A stretch of DNA of 63,867 bases, counting the filler, from Chiloscyllium plagiosum (taxonomy: Eukaryota), in assembly GCF_004010195.1 (NCBI RefSeq). It is 3 parts of one record of this genome, joined end to end, with 100 filler letters (N's around TTAATTAATTAA, not from the genome) between each part and the next. Parts side by side here need not be neighbours in the genome. Positions count along the whole stretch, not along the records: positions 28,575 to 51,861 come from NC_057712.1; positions 51,962 to 63,867 come from NC_057712.1; 1 more part is not named here. One strand, given 5' to 3'. Below are positions 49,525-63,364 of the stretch, piece after piece. Made by a program: the position numbers and the translations under genes. Position 1 is the first letter of the stretch, and each line of letters begins with the position of its first letter. Below the pieces are notes generated by a model, which saw only the letters and a program-made list of their open reading frames with translations, was not told the DNA's origin and ran no database searches.

Positions 49525-50267
49525 TTAGAACATCAGAACCAGGAGCAGGAATAGACCATCCTGCCCTTCGAGCCTGCTCCACCATTCAATAAGATCATGG
49601 CTGATATTTTTGTGGATTCTGATCCACTTACCCGCCACTCTCACCATGGCCCTTAATTCCTTTATTGTTAAAAGAAAATCTATCTTAGCTTTAAAAACAT
49701 TCAAGAGGTAGCCTCAACTACTTTCCTGGGCAGAGAATTCCTCAGATTCACAGCCCTCTGGGTGAAGAAGTTCCTTCTCATAGAACATAGAAAAGTACGG
49801 CACAGAACAGGCCCTTTGGCCCACGCTGTTGTGCTGAGGATTAATCCTAATGTACAATAAAATAACTTAACCTACATGCCCCTCAATTCACTGCTATCCA
49901 TGTGCATGTCCAGCAGTCGCTTAAATGTCCCCAATGACTCTGCTTCCATCACCACAGCTGGCAACGCATTCCATGCATTCACAACTCTCTGCGTAAAGAA
50001 CCTACCTCTGACGTCTCCTCTATACCTTTCACCTCATATGTTAAAACGATGACCCCTCATGCCAGTCAACCCTGCCCTGGGGAAAGGTCTCTGGCTATTG
50101 ACTCTATCCATCCCTCTCATTATCTTGTATACCTCGATCAGGTCACCTCTCTTCCTCCTTCCCTCCAGAGAGAAAAGTCCGAGCTTAGTCAACCTCTCTT
50201 CGTAAGACAAGCCCTCAGTCCAGGCAGCATCCTGGTAAACCGTCTTTGCACCCTCTCCAAAGCCTCT
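49525..50267 (-). mobile_element. Two adjacent CR1 3' ends (49525-49780 and 49780-50267)
   Basis: 3' UTR motifs; the second is the same subfamily as 15500-16150. Confidence 0.85.
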
Positions 50268-50459
50268 GTGCCTAAGTTTTGTTTGCAAGCAGATCATAGT
50301 AAGCAAGGAAAAACAGGCTGAAAAGAAAACTTGGACAGAGGAAAGCTACAGGTTACACCACACTGCCTTATCAGGGTGTATACTGAGTGGATGTTTCCCT
50401 TCATGGGAGAGAGCCTAGAGCCACAGGGCACAGTCTCAGAATAAAGGAATAATAAAATG

Positions 50460-50745
50460 CCTACAGTGTGGAAGCAGGCTATTCAACCCACACAGAGCCT
50501 CTGAAGAGCATCACCTCCCCAAGACCACTGCTTAACCCTATCCCTGGAACCCTGCATTTCCTTTGGTCAATCCACCAAACTTGCACATCTTTGGATTGTG
50601 GGAGGAAACTGGAGCACCCAGAAGAAGCCCATGCAAGCACAGGAAGAATGTGCAATCTCCACACAGACAGTTGCCAGAGGGTAGAGTTGAACCCAGGTCG
50701 CCAATGCTGTGAGGCAGCAATGCTAACCACTGAGCCACTGTGCTA
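50460..50745 (-). mobile_element. HE1-type SINE
   Basis: Minus-strand head GCACAGTGGCTCAGTGGTTAGCATTGCTGCCTCACAGC..GGTTCAACTC. Confidence 0.88.
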
Positions 50746-50822
50746 TCTTTAAGGACTGCCAATTTAAGGCTGAGATGAGGACGTCATGAGGAAGAGGAGA
50801 AGGTTGTAAGGGACCAGGGCCA

Positions 50823-50896
50823 GGACAGCTATAGGAACACCAAATGGTCAGCTATAGGAACACCAGATGGACAGCTATAGGAACACCAGATGGACA
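50823..50896. repeat. 23-bp tandem repeat, 3 copies (GGACAGCTATAGGAACACCAGAT)
   Basis: Directly visible. Confidence 0.9.
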
Positions 50897-51634
50897 GTGT
50901 TCAAGTTTGGATCCAGTGGCAGAGGGAGGACCATTAAATATAAAATGGAGGACGGTGCGACCCTGTCCAGAGGTAGATGTAAAGACTGTTGGCTCCAGGA
51001 TGGTTATCAGGTCAGGGTGTCTGTGATATAAAGGGTCGGGGGTGGTGATGTTGAGTGTATGTGAACTAAATATGGGATCTGTTGAATATTTACTCAGGAG
51101 TTTGAGGATGTATTTAATAGTTTCACATTTCCTGAGTAAGCTGGGGAAGATCAAGTTGGTTTAGTGAAGGGTGAGAGGGGACCTGATTGAGATGATAAAA
51201 TTATGAGCAGCACAGGCAGACTGAGCAGAAAGCAGCTCTTTTCCTTAGTGAAAGGCCAATAACAAAGGGATACAGTTTTAAAGTGAAAGGCAGAATATTT
51301 AGAGTTGATTTAAGGAAACTTCTTTTCACCCAGAGTTGTGGAGTGTGAAGTGCACTGCTGGGAGGATAATTGCAGCAGATGTTTACGGGTAAAGGTACAG
51401 TTGGAAAATGGGAAGCCTTCAAAAATGAGATAACGAGAGTCCAGGGACAGTGTATTCCTGTTGGGTGAAAGGAAAGGTTGGGAGGTATAGGGAATGTTGG
51501 ATGACTAGAGAAATTGAGGTTTTGGTTAAGGAAAAGAAGGAAACATATATCAGATATAGATAACAGAGATCGAGTGAATTCTTTGAAGAGTATAAAGGCA
51601 GTAGGAGTATACTTAAGAGGGAAATCAGGAGGGC

Positions 51635-52218
51635 ATGGAACATGGAACATAGATCATAGAAAAATACAGCGCAATACAGGCCCTTTGGCCCTCGATGTTG
51701 CGCCGATCCAAGCCCACCTAACCTACACTAGCCCACTATCCTCCATATGCCTATCCAATGCCCGCTTAAATGCCCATAATGAGGGAGAGTCCACCACTGC
51801 TACTGGCAGGGCATTCCACGAACACACGACTCGCTGAGTAAAGAACCTAACCCTAACATCTNNNNNNNNNNNNNNNNNNNNNNNNNNNNNNNNNNNNNNN
51901 NNNNNTTAATTAATTAANNNNNNNNNNNNNNNNNNNNNNNNNNNNNNNNNNNNNNNNNNNNGGGGCATAGCTTTAAATTAAGGGTTGGTAGGTATAGGAC
52001 AGATGTTAGGGGTAGGTTCTTTACTCAGCGAGTCGTGAGTTCATGGAATGCCCTGCCAGTAGCAGTGGTGGACTCTCCCTCTTTATAGGCATTTAAGCGG
52101 GCATTGGATAGGCATATGGAGGATAGTGGGCTAGTGTAGGTTAGGTGGGCTTGGATCGGCGCAACATCGAGGGCCGAAGGGCCTGTACTGTGCTGTATTC
52201 TTCTATGTTCTATGTTCT
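51635..52218. mobile_element. Two young CR1 3' ends in opposite orientation on either side of the second assembly linker
   Basis: 51655-51861 (-) is the near-perfect reverse complement of about 52000-52210 (+). Confidence 0.9.
51862..51961. other. Assembly linker: 44 N + TTAATTAATTAA + 44 N
   Basis: Same 100-bp structure as 28475-28574. Confidence 0.97.
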
Positions 52219-53020
52219 AATGGGCTTATCAGTGATAGGCAACATGGTTTTGTGTGGGGGAGATTGTGCCTTAGTTCTTCGAGGAAGTGACCAAGTTGAT
52301 AGATGAAGGAAGGACTGTAGGTGTCATATACATGGACTTTAGTAAGGCATTTGATAAGGTTCCTCATAGTAAAGTAGAGAGGGTGGGAAAGAAGGTGTCT
52401 GGCATGCTTGCCTTTATTGATTGGGGAATTGAAACAAGAGTTATGATGTCTTGTTGCAGCTTTATTAGATTTTGGTTTGGCCACATTTAAAGTATTGCTT
52501 TCAGTTCTGGACACCACATTCCAGGAAGGATGTAGAGGCTTTAGAGAGGGCGCAGAAGAGGTTTCCCAGGATGCTACGTGGATTAGAGGGTATGGGCTAT
52601 AAGGAGAGGCTGGAAAAACTCGGGTTGTTTTCCCTGGAGTGGTAGAGGCTGAGGGGAGACTTGAAGAAGTCTATAAAATTATGAGATGCATTGATAGGGT
52701 TGACGGTCAGAATATTTTTCACAGAGTTGAAATGTCTAAAACTAGGAGGCATGCATTTAAGATGAGAGGGGGAAAGTTCAAAGAAGATTTGTGGGGCAGG
52801 TTTTTTTACACAGAGAATGGTCGGAGTCTGGAGCAAGCTGCTCGGGTTGATAGTGGAGGCAGATATGGATACATGAGGGGTGTTTAAGGGACTTTTAGAT
52901 CGGCACATGCAAGGAATGGAGGGATATGGAGCAAGGGCAGACAGAAGGGTTGAGGTTAATGTGGTGTCATGTTCAGCACAACATTGTGGGTCAAAGGATC
53001 CATCCCTCTGCTGTACAGTC
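52219..53020 (+). mobile_element. Decayed CR1 RT and 3' fragments
   Basis: [26 protein letters not shown]. Confidence 0.82.
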
Positions 53021-53599
53021 TGAAAATTTCAACAAATTAAACAGGATTTTTAAGGACATGACAAGACTAGGTGATGTCTCCATAGAGGAACAAATAACTG
53101 CACTCACTGGAATCTGTACATGTACTGGAAGCAATAGTGGGTCAGACAGCAGCCATGGGGAGAGAGTAGACTAATATTTCGAGTATAGACAACATCATCA
53201 AAGGGCCCTCCTACCCCGGTAATGATCTCTACAACCTCTTCCATCAGGCAGAAGATACAGAAGCTTGAACACATTCACCGACAGGTTCAGGAACAGCTTC
53301 TTCTCGGCTGTTATTACACTGAAGGATGGACTCTCTAACCACAAATAATGCTGATCAGAGCTCTGATGCTTTCTGACCCACTGAGATTTCCAGCATTTGT
53401 TGTTTTCAGTTGTCTCCATGAACTTTACTAAAGTATTTGATTCATTCATTTATTGTCATGTGTACCGAAGTACAGTGAAAAACTTTCTTTACAAACAGTT
53501 CAGGCAGATCACAGTGAGGAAGGATGTACAGATCAGAGAAAGACTTAGAGGCATACAGGTTACATTGCACAGGGTGTGGGCTTGGCAGGATCAGCAATA

Positions 53600-56485
53600 G
53601 CTCCCAACAATGAGTGTGACGTCAAAGAACATATAGGTCAACAGATTATGAAAAGATGTAGAGGCAACAAGGTGGTGGTGATGGGAGATTTTCATTTTCC
53701 CACTTAGTGTCAGAGGTCTGGATGGGGTAGGATTTGTAAGAAGCGTCCAGGAGAGTTTTCTAGAGCAGTATGTCAATACTCCGACGAGGGAAGGGGCCAT
53801 ATTGGACCCGATGTTGGGGAATGAGCTAGGCCAGCTAAGAACAGAACGGGCCTTGGAGGAATATTGGAAGAGTAGGACTAGTCTTAAACGAGGAATCAAG
53901 CAGGCTAAAAGGGGTCAGGAAATACCTTTAGTGAGCAGAATTAAGGAGAATCCTGAGGCCCTTTATTCTTATGTAAGAAGCAAGAGGGTAACCAGAGAAA
54001 CGGTTGGTCCACTAAAGGATAACGAAGGAAGATTGTGTGCTGAACCTGAGAGAATGGGTGAGATTCTCAATGTTTACTTTGCGTCAGTGCTCACTGAGGA
54101 ACGGGAAATGATGAATGCTGAAATTAAAGATAGAAGTTGTTTACTGTGGATTACGTTGACTTAAGGAGGGAAGATGTGTTCGGTAGGGTAAAGGATATGA
54201 CTGTGGACAAATCCCCAGAACCAAATGGGATCTATCCCAGATTGCTGAGGGAGGCGAGAGAGGAAATAGCTAGGGCCCTGACAGATAACTTTGTAGCATC
54301 CTTAAATACAGGTGAGGTGCCGGAGGACTGGAGGGTTGCTCATGTTGTCCCCCTTTACAAGAAGGGCAGGAGGGATATTCCAGATAACTACAAACAGTGA
54401 GCCTGACGTCGGTGGTGAGAAAGTTGCTGGAGAAGGTACTGAGGAATAGGATCTATTTACATTTGGAANNNNNNNNNNNNNNNNNNNNNNNNNNNNNNNN
54501 NNNNNNNNNNNNNNNNNNNNNNNNNNNNNNNNNNNNNNNNNNNNNNNNNNNNNNNNNNNNNNNNNNNNNNNNNNNNNNNNNNNNNNNNNNNNNNNNNNNN
54601 NNNNNNNNNNNNNNNNNNNNNNNNNNNNNNNNNNNNNNNNNNNNNNNNNNNNNNNNNNNNNNNNNNNNNNNNNNNNNNNNNNNNNNNNNNNNNNNNNNNN
54701 NNNNNNNNNNNNNNNNNNNNNNNNNNNNNNNNNNNNNNNNNNNNNNNNNNNNNNNNNNNNNNNNNNNNNNNNNNNNNNNNNNNNNNNNNNNNNNNNNNNN
54801 NNNNNNNNNNNNNNNNNNNNNNNNNNNNNNNNNNNNNNNNNNNNNNNNNNNNNNNNNNNNNNNNNNNNNNNNNNNNNNNNNNNNNNNNNNNNNNNNNNNN
54901 NNNNNNNNNNNNNNNNNNNNNNNNNNNNNNNNNNNNNNNNNNNNNNNNNNNNNNNNNNNNNNNNNNNNNNNNNNNNNNNNNNNNNNNNNNNNNNNNNNCA
55001 TTTAGAATACTGTGTACAGTTCTGGTCGCCACATTACCAAAAGGATGTGGACGCTTTGGAGAGGGTGCAGAGAAGGTTTACGAGGATGTTGCCTGGTATG
55101 GAAGGAGCTAGCTATGAAGAGAGGTTGAGTAGGTTAGGTTTATTTTCATTAGAAAAAAGGAGATTGAGGGGGGACCTGATGGAGGTTTACAAAATCATGA
55201 AGGGGAGAGACAGGGTGGATAGAGACAAGCTTTTTCCCAGGGTGAAGGATTCAATATTGAGAGGTCATGCTTTCAAGGTGAGAGGTGGAAAGTTTAAGGG
55301 GGATACACGCGGCAAGTACTTCACACAGAGGGTGGTGGGTGTTCGGAACACGTTGCCAGTGGAGGTGGTAGAGGCAGGCGCGGTAAATTCATTTAAGAAC
55401 ATCTGGACAGATGCATGAGAAGGTGGGGAGCAGAGGGATACTGATGCTTAGGAATTGGGTGACAGGTTTAGAGAGTGGACTTGGACCTGGGACAAGCTTG
55501 GAGTTTAATGTGGAAAAGTATGAGGTGATTCACTTTGGAAGGAGCAATAGGAATGCAGAGTACTGGATTAATGGTAAGATTCTTGGTGTGTCAATGAACA
55601 CAGAGATTTTGGTGTCCATGTACATAGATCCTTGAAAGTTGCCACCCAGGTTGATCGGGTTGTTAAGAAGGCATACATTGTGTTAGCTTTTATTAATAAG
55701 CGATTGAGTTCCGGAACCATGAGGTCATGTTGCAGCTGTACAAAACTCTGGTGCGGCTGCACTTGGAGTATTGTGTACAGTTCTGGTCACTGCATTTATA
55801 AGAAGGATGTGGAAGCTTTGGAAAGGGTGCAGAGGAGATTTACTAGGATGTTGCCTGGTACGGAGGGAAGGTCTTACGAGGAAAGGCTGAGGGACTTGAG
55901 GCTGTTTTCGCTAGAGAGAAGAAGGTTGAAAGGTGACTTAATAGAGACGTACAAGATAATCAGAGGGTTAGATGGCATGGATAGTGAGAGCATTTTCCCT
56001 CGGATGGTGATGGTTAGCACGAGGGGACATAGCTTTAAATTGAGGGCTGATATAGGACAGATGTCAGAGGTAGTTTCTTTACTCAGAGAGTAGCAGGGCA
56101 TGGAAGGCACTGCCAGCAACAGCAGTAGACTCATCAACTTTAAGGGCATTTAAATGTCATTCGATAGATATATGGACAAGAACGGAATAGTATAGGCTAG
56201 ATGGGCTTCAGATTGGTTTCACAGATCGGCACAACATCGAGGGCTGAAGGGCCTGTACTGCACTGTAATGTTCTAAGTTCTATGAAAACACTTCACCCAG
56301 AGGGTGGTGGGTGCCTTGAACCTGCTGCCAGTCAAGGTGGTGGAAGCAGACACGTTAGCAATGTTTAAGAGGTATCTTGGTCGACAAATAAGACAAAGAG
56401 AGGAATAGGTACTGTGCATTGGCCAGAGGCCTGTGTTGTAGGCCAGAGGACCTGATCCTGTGATGTCCTATTCTTTATTCTTTGT
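53600..56485 (+). mobile_element. Tandem CR1 pieces: ORF2 with internal deletion (53600-55500, spanning a gap) and 3' ends (55500-56285, 56285-56485)
   Basis: RIKENPEALYSY, VDKSPEPNGIYPRLLREAREEI, ALERVQRRFTRMLPG. Confidence 0.9.
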
Positions 56486-57054
56486 AATCAGTGGTAAAGT
56501 AAGTTGCAAAGCAGAATTAAAATACTTGCAAACAAATATGGATGGAATAAATGAGTTACCTACATGTGACAGATTGAGTTTAACATGGTTAGATGTGAGC
56601 TTACCCATTTGTTCAGAGGAATAAAAAGGCAGCTTATATATTGGAATGGAGAGTAACTTCAGAGTGCTTCAGTGCAGAGGGATCTGAGTGTTCTCATGCA
56701 TAAACTGTAGAAAACCAGCATGGGGAGTCAGCAACAAGAACAAAGGCAAATTGAATTTTGACATTAATTGTGAAAGGAAGAGAGTATTAAAAAAGGTGAG
56801 GTGTTTCTGCAGCTGTATTAGTTATGAGTGAGACTGTACCTGGCGAGTTGTTTTGGTCCCCTAACCTGGGGAGGGATGGAGGCAGCTCAGAGGAGGTTCA
56901 CTGGCTTGATTCCAGAGATAAAGGGTTTATCCTACGAAGAGAGATTGAGCAGTTTAGGCCAATACGTTCTGGAGTTTAGAAGAACGAGAAGAGATCAAAA
57001 ATAAGCTGCTGAAGGGAACTGACAAAATAGATGTTAAGAGATGTTTCCTCATAT

Positions 57055-58088
57055 GATTGACTGATGGATTTGATTGATTGATTGATGGATTTGATTGATT
57101 GTTACTTGAATCTAAGGACAGTAAAAAGCTTTGTTTGTGAGCAGAACAGGCAGATCATAGTAAGGAAGGACACATGGGTTATTGGGGAAAAAACAAACTT
57201 ACACACATTGAGGCATACAGGTTATACTTCACAGGGCGCTACTCAGCGAGATCAGCGATAGCAAGATCAGCATTATTGTAGGTTAGAGAGTCCATCCGTC
57301 CGTGTGATAAAGGCCGGGAAGAAGCTGTTCCTGAACCTGTTGGTGAATGTGTTCAAGCTTCTGTATCCCCTGCCTGATGGAAGAGATTGTAGGAGATCAT
57401 TACCGGGATGGGAGGGGCCTTTGATGATGTTGGCAGCCTCTCCGTGGCAGTGAGCTGTGTAAATGGTGTCCATGGATGGGAGGGTGGATTCCGTGTTGGT
57501 CTGGGCTGTGCACACAACCTTCTGCAGTTTCTGACGGTCCTGGGCAGAGCTGTTACCGTATCAGGCTGTTATACACCTGGACAGTCTGCTCTCAATGGTG
57601 TATCTGTAGAAGTTGGTGAGGGTCCTTATGGACATGCTGAATATCCTGAGCTGCCTGAGGAAGAAAAGGCGTTATTGTACCTTCTTGACCGTCACATCTA
57701 CGTGGGAAATCCAGGACAGATTGTCGATTGTGTCATTCTGAGGAACTTGACGCTCTTCACCCTCTCAGCCTCCGCTCCGTTGGTGTAGCTGGGGGCATGT
57801 TCTTCTACTTTCTTCCTGAAGTTAATGATCAGTTTGTTAGTTTTGCTGACATTGAGAGAGAGGTTGTTCTCATTACACCACATCACCAAGCCCTCTATCT
57901 CCCTTTTCTATTCTGACTCGTTGTTGTTAGATGTCCATCCTCCCACGGTGCTGTCATCAGCGATCATGTAGATGGAGTTTGTTCAGAGTTTGGCCACACA
58001 GCTGTGGGTGTACAGGGAGTACAGGAGGGGGCTGGGAACACATCCTTGGGGGGCTCCAGTGTTGAGGGTCCTCGTGGAGGAGGTGCTG
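57055..58088 (-). mobile_element. Rex1/Babar-clade LINE, RT C-terminus and 3' end with (ATCA)n tail
   Basis: STSSTRTLNTGAPQGCVPSPLLYSLYTH.CVA; IADD; WCNENNLSLNVSKT.KLIINFRK; LPSGRGYRSL..FTNRFRNSFFP. Related fragments at 53190-53345 and 53440-53600. Confidence 0.85.
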
Positions 58089-58588
58089 NNNNNNNNNNNN
58101 NNNNNNNNNNNNNNNNNNNNNNNNNNNNNNNNNNNNNNNNNNNNNNNNNNNNNNNNNNNNNNNNNNNNNNNNNNNNNNNNNNNNNNNNNNNNNNNNNNNN
58201 NNNNNNNNNNNNNNNNNNNNNNNNNNNNNNNNNNNNNNNNNNNNNNNNNNNNNNNNNNNNNNNNNNNNNNNNNNNNNNNNNNNNNNNNNNNNNNNNNNNN
58301 NNNNNNNNNNNNNNNNNNNNNNNNNNNNNNNNNNNNNNNNNNNNNNNNNNNNNNNNNNNNNNNNNNNNNNNNNNNNNNNNNNNNNNNNNNNNNNNNNNNN
58401 NNNNNNNNNNNNNNNNNNNNNNNNNNNNNNNNNNNNNNNNNNNNNNNNNNNNNNNNNNNNNNNNNNNNNNNNNNNNNNNNNNNNNNNNNNNNNNNNNNNN
58501 NNNNNNNNNNNNNNNNNNNNNNNNNNNNNNNNNNNNNNNNNNNNNNNNNNNNNNNNNNNNNNNNNNNNNNNNNNNNNNNNNNNNNNNN

Positions 58589-59335
58589 TTGGTCGGAGTA
58601 ACCGGAATGCAAAGTACTGGGCTAATGGTAAGACTCTGGGTAGTGTAGATGAGCAGAGAGATCTTGGTGTCCATGTACACAGATCCTTGAAAGCTGCCAC
58701 CCAGGTTGACAGGGTTGTTAAGAAGGCATACGGTGTTTTAGCTTTTTTTAATAGAGGGATCGAGTTCCGGCACCATGAGGTTATGCTGTAGCTGTACAAA
58801 ACTCTGGTACGGCCGCACTTGGAGTATAGTGTACAGTTCTGGTCACCGCATTATAAGGATGTGGAGGCTTTGGAAAGGGTGCAGAGGAGATTTACTAGGA
58901 TGTTGCCTGTTACAGAGGGAAGGTCTTACGAGGAAAGGCTGATGGACTTGAGGCTTTTTTTTTAGAGAGAAGAAGGTTGAGAGGTGACTTAATAGAGACA
59001 TATAAGATAATCAGAGGGTTAGATAGGGTGGACAGGGAGAGCCTTTTTCCAAGAATGGTGATGGCGAGCACGAGGGGGCATAGCTTTAAATTGAAGGGTG
59101 ATAGATATAGGACAGATGTCAGAGGTAGTTTCTTTACTCAGAGAGTAGTAAGGGTATGGAATGCTTTGCCTGCAACAGTAGTAGATTCGCCAACTTTAAG
59201 TATATTTAAGTCTTCATTGGACAAGCATATGGACGTACATGGAATAGTGTAGGTTAGATGGGCTTCAGATTGGTATGACAGGTCGGCACACATCGAGGGC
59301 CGAAGGGCCTGTACTGCGCTGTAATGTTCTATATT
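58589..59335 (+). mobile_element. CR1 3' end
   Basis: RGDLIETYKIIRGLDRVD..TRGHSFKLKG..WNALP. Confidence 0.92.
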
Positions 59336-59869
59336 TAATCCAGCTGCGATGGTGGTAATCACAAAATGGTTATAAGAAGAATGTCCTGAATGTAGATACA
59401 ATGTAGCATCCTGGCAGCATCAATTAGATTTTAATGGGATCAGGAGATTCCAGCTCTCTTCAAGGGGAGGTGAGAATGTCCCTTTTAAAGCAGTAAGGTG
59501 TTCCATTGTTTCCCTCCTGTGAGCGAGGTATTCTGGTGCCTTTCCGTCTGACCTGTCCTTTGTGTGGCATTGGTATCACTGGTGTACGAGACTGCCCACA
59601 GGGCTTTGGGACAGCTGGGCTGATTGGGTCCAGGAAGCTTATTGTTAGTTTGTCTTGGGAAGTGTATTCTCTGGTCTGTGAGTGACTGTGGTCATGTCTG
59701 GTTTCTCTTGTCAGCCTGTTTGGTCAATGCTGCCGCATCCTGGGTATCCCTTGTATGGTTTGGAGAGGCTTGATTTTCTGTGTTCTGTTTGGTCATGCTG
59801 TGGGTAGGCAGAGTGGCAGATCTTTTCCCACATACTCTTATAAATAATTAAACTTACCTCAGGAGTTTT

Positions 59870-60840
59870 GGGCACATATTTTGGCAGCGGCTGTATCCCG
59901 AGACACTGCACCCGCCCTCCTCCTCTAAGCAAAACAAAAGGACTCTCATGTGTTGCTAAGGTAAGGTGTTTCAATTGATATTTCTGTATTTCATGTGACT
60001 GATTAACAGTTTACTATTAGTTGGTTAATTGAATAAGACAACAGAAGTACTAGAAATTATTTAACTCATAAATTTGTATAAATCAATTGAATAAGTAATT
60101 ATGGCTGGACAGGTGATGTGCTGGCTGATTCTATTGTGAACAGCAGTGACGACATCTGCAGCAAATGTTGGTTGCTGGAATAACTCCGGATCATAACTGA
60201 GGATCTAGAATCTGAGCTTCATACACAGCAGCACATCCAAAAGGGGGAGTGTTACCTGGATACTTCGCTTCAGAAGGCAGTCACACCGGTAGATTAAGTA
60301 ATTCAAATTTAGTTAGTGTTCAGGGACAATAGGGTGTGACTGTAAGTGAGGCAGGTAGGGGGATTCTGAGTTCAGGAGTGCAGGAGCCTCAGCCCTTGAC
60401 CTTGTCCAACAGGTATGAGATTTTTGCTCCCTGTATGGATGAGGGAAAGGTCTGTGGACAGGATGAGCCAGCTGACCACGGCACCATGGTGCAGAAGGCC
60501 ATTCAAGAGGGGGGAGCAAAAAGACAAGTAATTGTTATAAGGGATTCTATAATTAGGGGGACAGATAGTATCTTATGTGAGCCGGATTGGGAGTCCCGCA
60601 CGGTGTGTTGCCTACCCAGTGCCAGGATGCAGGATAAGTCCGACTGGCTTGAAAGGATATTGGAGCGGGAGGGGGAGATTCCAGTTGTTGTGGTCCACGT
60701 TGAGACTAACATAGGCAAGGCTAGGGTGGAGGACCTGTTTGGGGATTATCAAGCACTAGGAAGGAAATTGAGGAACAGGTCCTCAAGGGTCATAATCTCT
60801 GGATTACTGCCCGAGCCACGTGCTGAGTTGCATAGGGATA
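59870..60840 (+). mobile_element. CR1 5' UTR and ORF1 (esterase type), truncated by the next insertion
   Basis: ATGGCTGGACAGGTG start at 60101; QPLTLSNRYEIFAP..VCCLPSARM..VIISGLLPEPRA. Confidence 0.9.
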
Positions 60841-63350
60841 GAACATAGAACAATACAGCGCAGAACAGGCCCTTCGGCCCTCGATGTTGCACCGACCTGT
60901 GAACTATTCTCAGCTCATCCCCCTACACTATCCCATCATCATCCATGTGCTTATCCAAGTTTTGTTTAAATCTCCNNNNNNNNNNNNNNNNNNNNNNNNN
61001 NNNNNNNNNNNNNNNNNNNNNNNNNNNNNNNNNNNNNNNNNNNNNNNNNNNNNNNNNNNNNNNNNNNNNNNNNNNNNNNNNNNNNNNNNNNNNNNNNNNN
61101 NNNNNNNNNNNNNNNNNNNNNNNNNNNNNNNNNNNNNNNNNNNNNNNNNNNNNNNNNNNNNNNNNNNNACCTTCCCTCCAGACCAGGCAACATCCTGGTA
61201 AATCTCCTCTGCACCTTTTCCAATGCTTCCACATCCTTCCCGAAATATGGCGACCAGAACTGTACACAATATTCCAAGTGTGGCTGCACCAGTATTTTGT
61301 ATAGTTGCAGCATGATATTGTGACTCCAGACCGCAATCCCTCTACCACTGAAACCTAACACACCGTATGCCTTCTTAATAGCACTATCCACCTGGTGGCA
61401 ACTTTCAGGGATCTATGTACATGGACTCCTCTGCACATCTGCAAAAATCTTTCCATTTACCCAATACTCTGCCTTCCTGTTATTCTTCCCAAAGTGCATC
61501 ACCTCACATTTAGCTGCATTGATCTCCATTTGCCACCTCTCAGCCCAATTCTGTAGTTTATCCAAGTCCCCCTGCAACGTTCTTCCACACTGACCACTAC
61601 CCCACCGACTTTAGTGTCGTCTGCAAATTTACTAATCCACCCATCTATGCCTGTGTCTAAGTCATTCATAAAGATGACAAACAGCAGTGGTCCCAAAACA
61701 GATCCTTGTGGCACACCACCAGTAACTGAACTCCAGGCTGAATATTTTCCATCAACCACCACTCGCTGTCTTCTTTCAGAAAGCCAGTTTCTAATCCAAA
61801 CTGCTAAATCACAGTCAATCCCATGCCTCTGCATTTTCTCCAAAGTCTACCATGTGGAACCTTATCAAAGGCTTTACTGAAGTCCATGTACACCACATCA
61901 ACTGCCCTACCCTCATCTACATTCTTGGTCACCTTCTCAAAAATCTCAATGAGGTTTGTGAGACACAACCTGCCCTTGACAAAACCATGTTGACTATCTG
62001 AAATCAAATTGTTGCTTGCTGGATGATTATAAATCTTATCTCTTACAATCCTTTCCAAATTATAGACACTAGTCTATAATTACCTGGGTCATCTCTTGAA
62101 CAAGTGCACACTTGCAATCCTCCAGTCCTCTGGTACTAAACCTGTAGACAATGACGACTCAAATATCAAAGCCAAAGGTTGTGTTATCTCTTCCCTAGCT
62201 TCCCAGAGAATCCTCGGATAAATCCCATCCGGCCCAGGGGACTTGTCTACTTTCACTCCTTCTAGAATTGATAACACCTGTTCGTAATTAACCTCGATCA
62301 TTTCTAGTCTAATATCTCGTAATTCATTCTTCTCCTCCACAATATTCTCATTTTCCTGAGTAAACACTGATGAGAAATGTTCGTTTAGCACCTCTCCGAT
62401 CTCCGCAGGGTCCACACTCAACCTCCCACTTCTATGTTTGACTGGACCTATTCCTACCCTAGTCATCCTTTTATTCCTCATATATCTATAGAAAGCTTTA
62501 GGGTTCTCCTTTATTCTATTTGCTAAAGGCTGCTCATGTCCTCTCTTTGCTCTTCTTAACTCTCTCTTTAAATCCTTCCTCGCTGATCTGTAACTCTCCA
62601 TCACCTCATCTGAACCATCTTGTCTCATCAACACATAAGCCTCCTTCTTCTGCTTAACAAGAGATACAATTTCTGTCGTAAACCACAGTTCCCTTACCTT
62701 ATCACTTCCTCTCTGCCTGACAGGGACATACCCATCAAGGACATGCAATATCTGTTCCTCATTTCTATTGTCGACATACCCTGGATTTTGCTATCCCATT
62801 CGATCCATCCTAATTCTTGCCTAATTGCATTATAATTGTCGTTGCCCCATCGATATCTCTTGACTTGTGGCATGTACCTATCCCTTTCCATTGCTAAACT
62901 AAATATAACTGAATTATGATCACTCTCTCCAAAGTGCTCACCTACAACTAAATCAAACACCTGGCCTGGTTCATTACCAAGCACCAGATCTAGTATGGCC
63001 TCCCCTCTTGTCGGCCCTTCGACATACTGTGTCAGGAAACCCTCCTGTACACATTGGACAAAAACTGATCCATCTGACGTACTAGAGTTATAGCATTTCC
63101 AGTCAATGTTGGGGAAGTTAAATCCCCCCATAATGACCACCCTGTTCCTTTCACTCCTACCCAGAATAATTTTGCCAATCCTCTCCTCCACCTCCCTGGA
63201 ACTCTGCGGAGGCCTATAAAAAACTCCAAGCAGTGTGACCTCTCCTCTCCTGTTTCTAACCTCAGCCCACACTACCTCAGTAGACGAGTCCCTCATCAAA
63301 AGTTCTTTCAGCCACTGTTATACTATCCTTGACAAGGACACACCTCCCTC
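60841..63350 (-). mobile_element. CR1 ORF2 nearly complete (endonuclease, tether, RT, 3' end), frameshifted, spanning a gap
   Basis: ORFs 62694-63299, 62089-62748, 61804-62058, 61499-61843 and 60966-61391. Confidence 0.95.
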
Positions 63351-63364
63351 TTTTACTGCCTTGC

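Noticed and set aside
37784..58799. Long ORFs spanning N runs
   Set aside because: They are open only because N codons are not read as stops.
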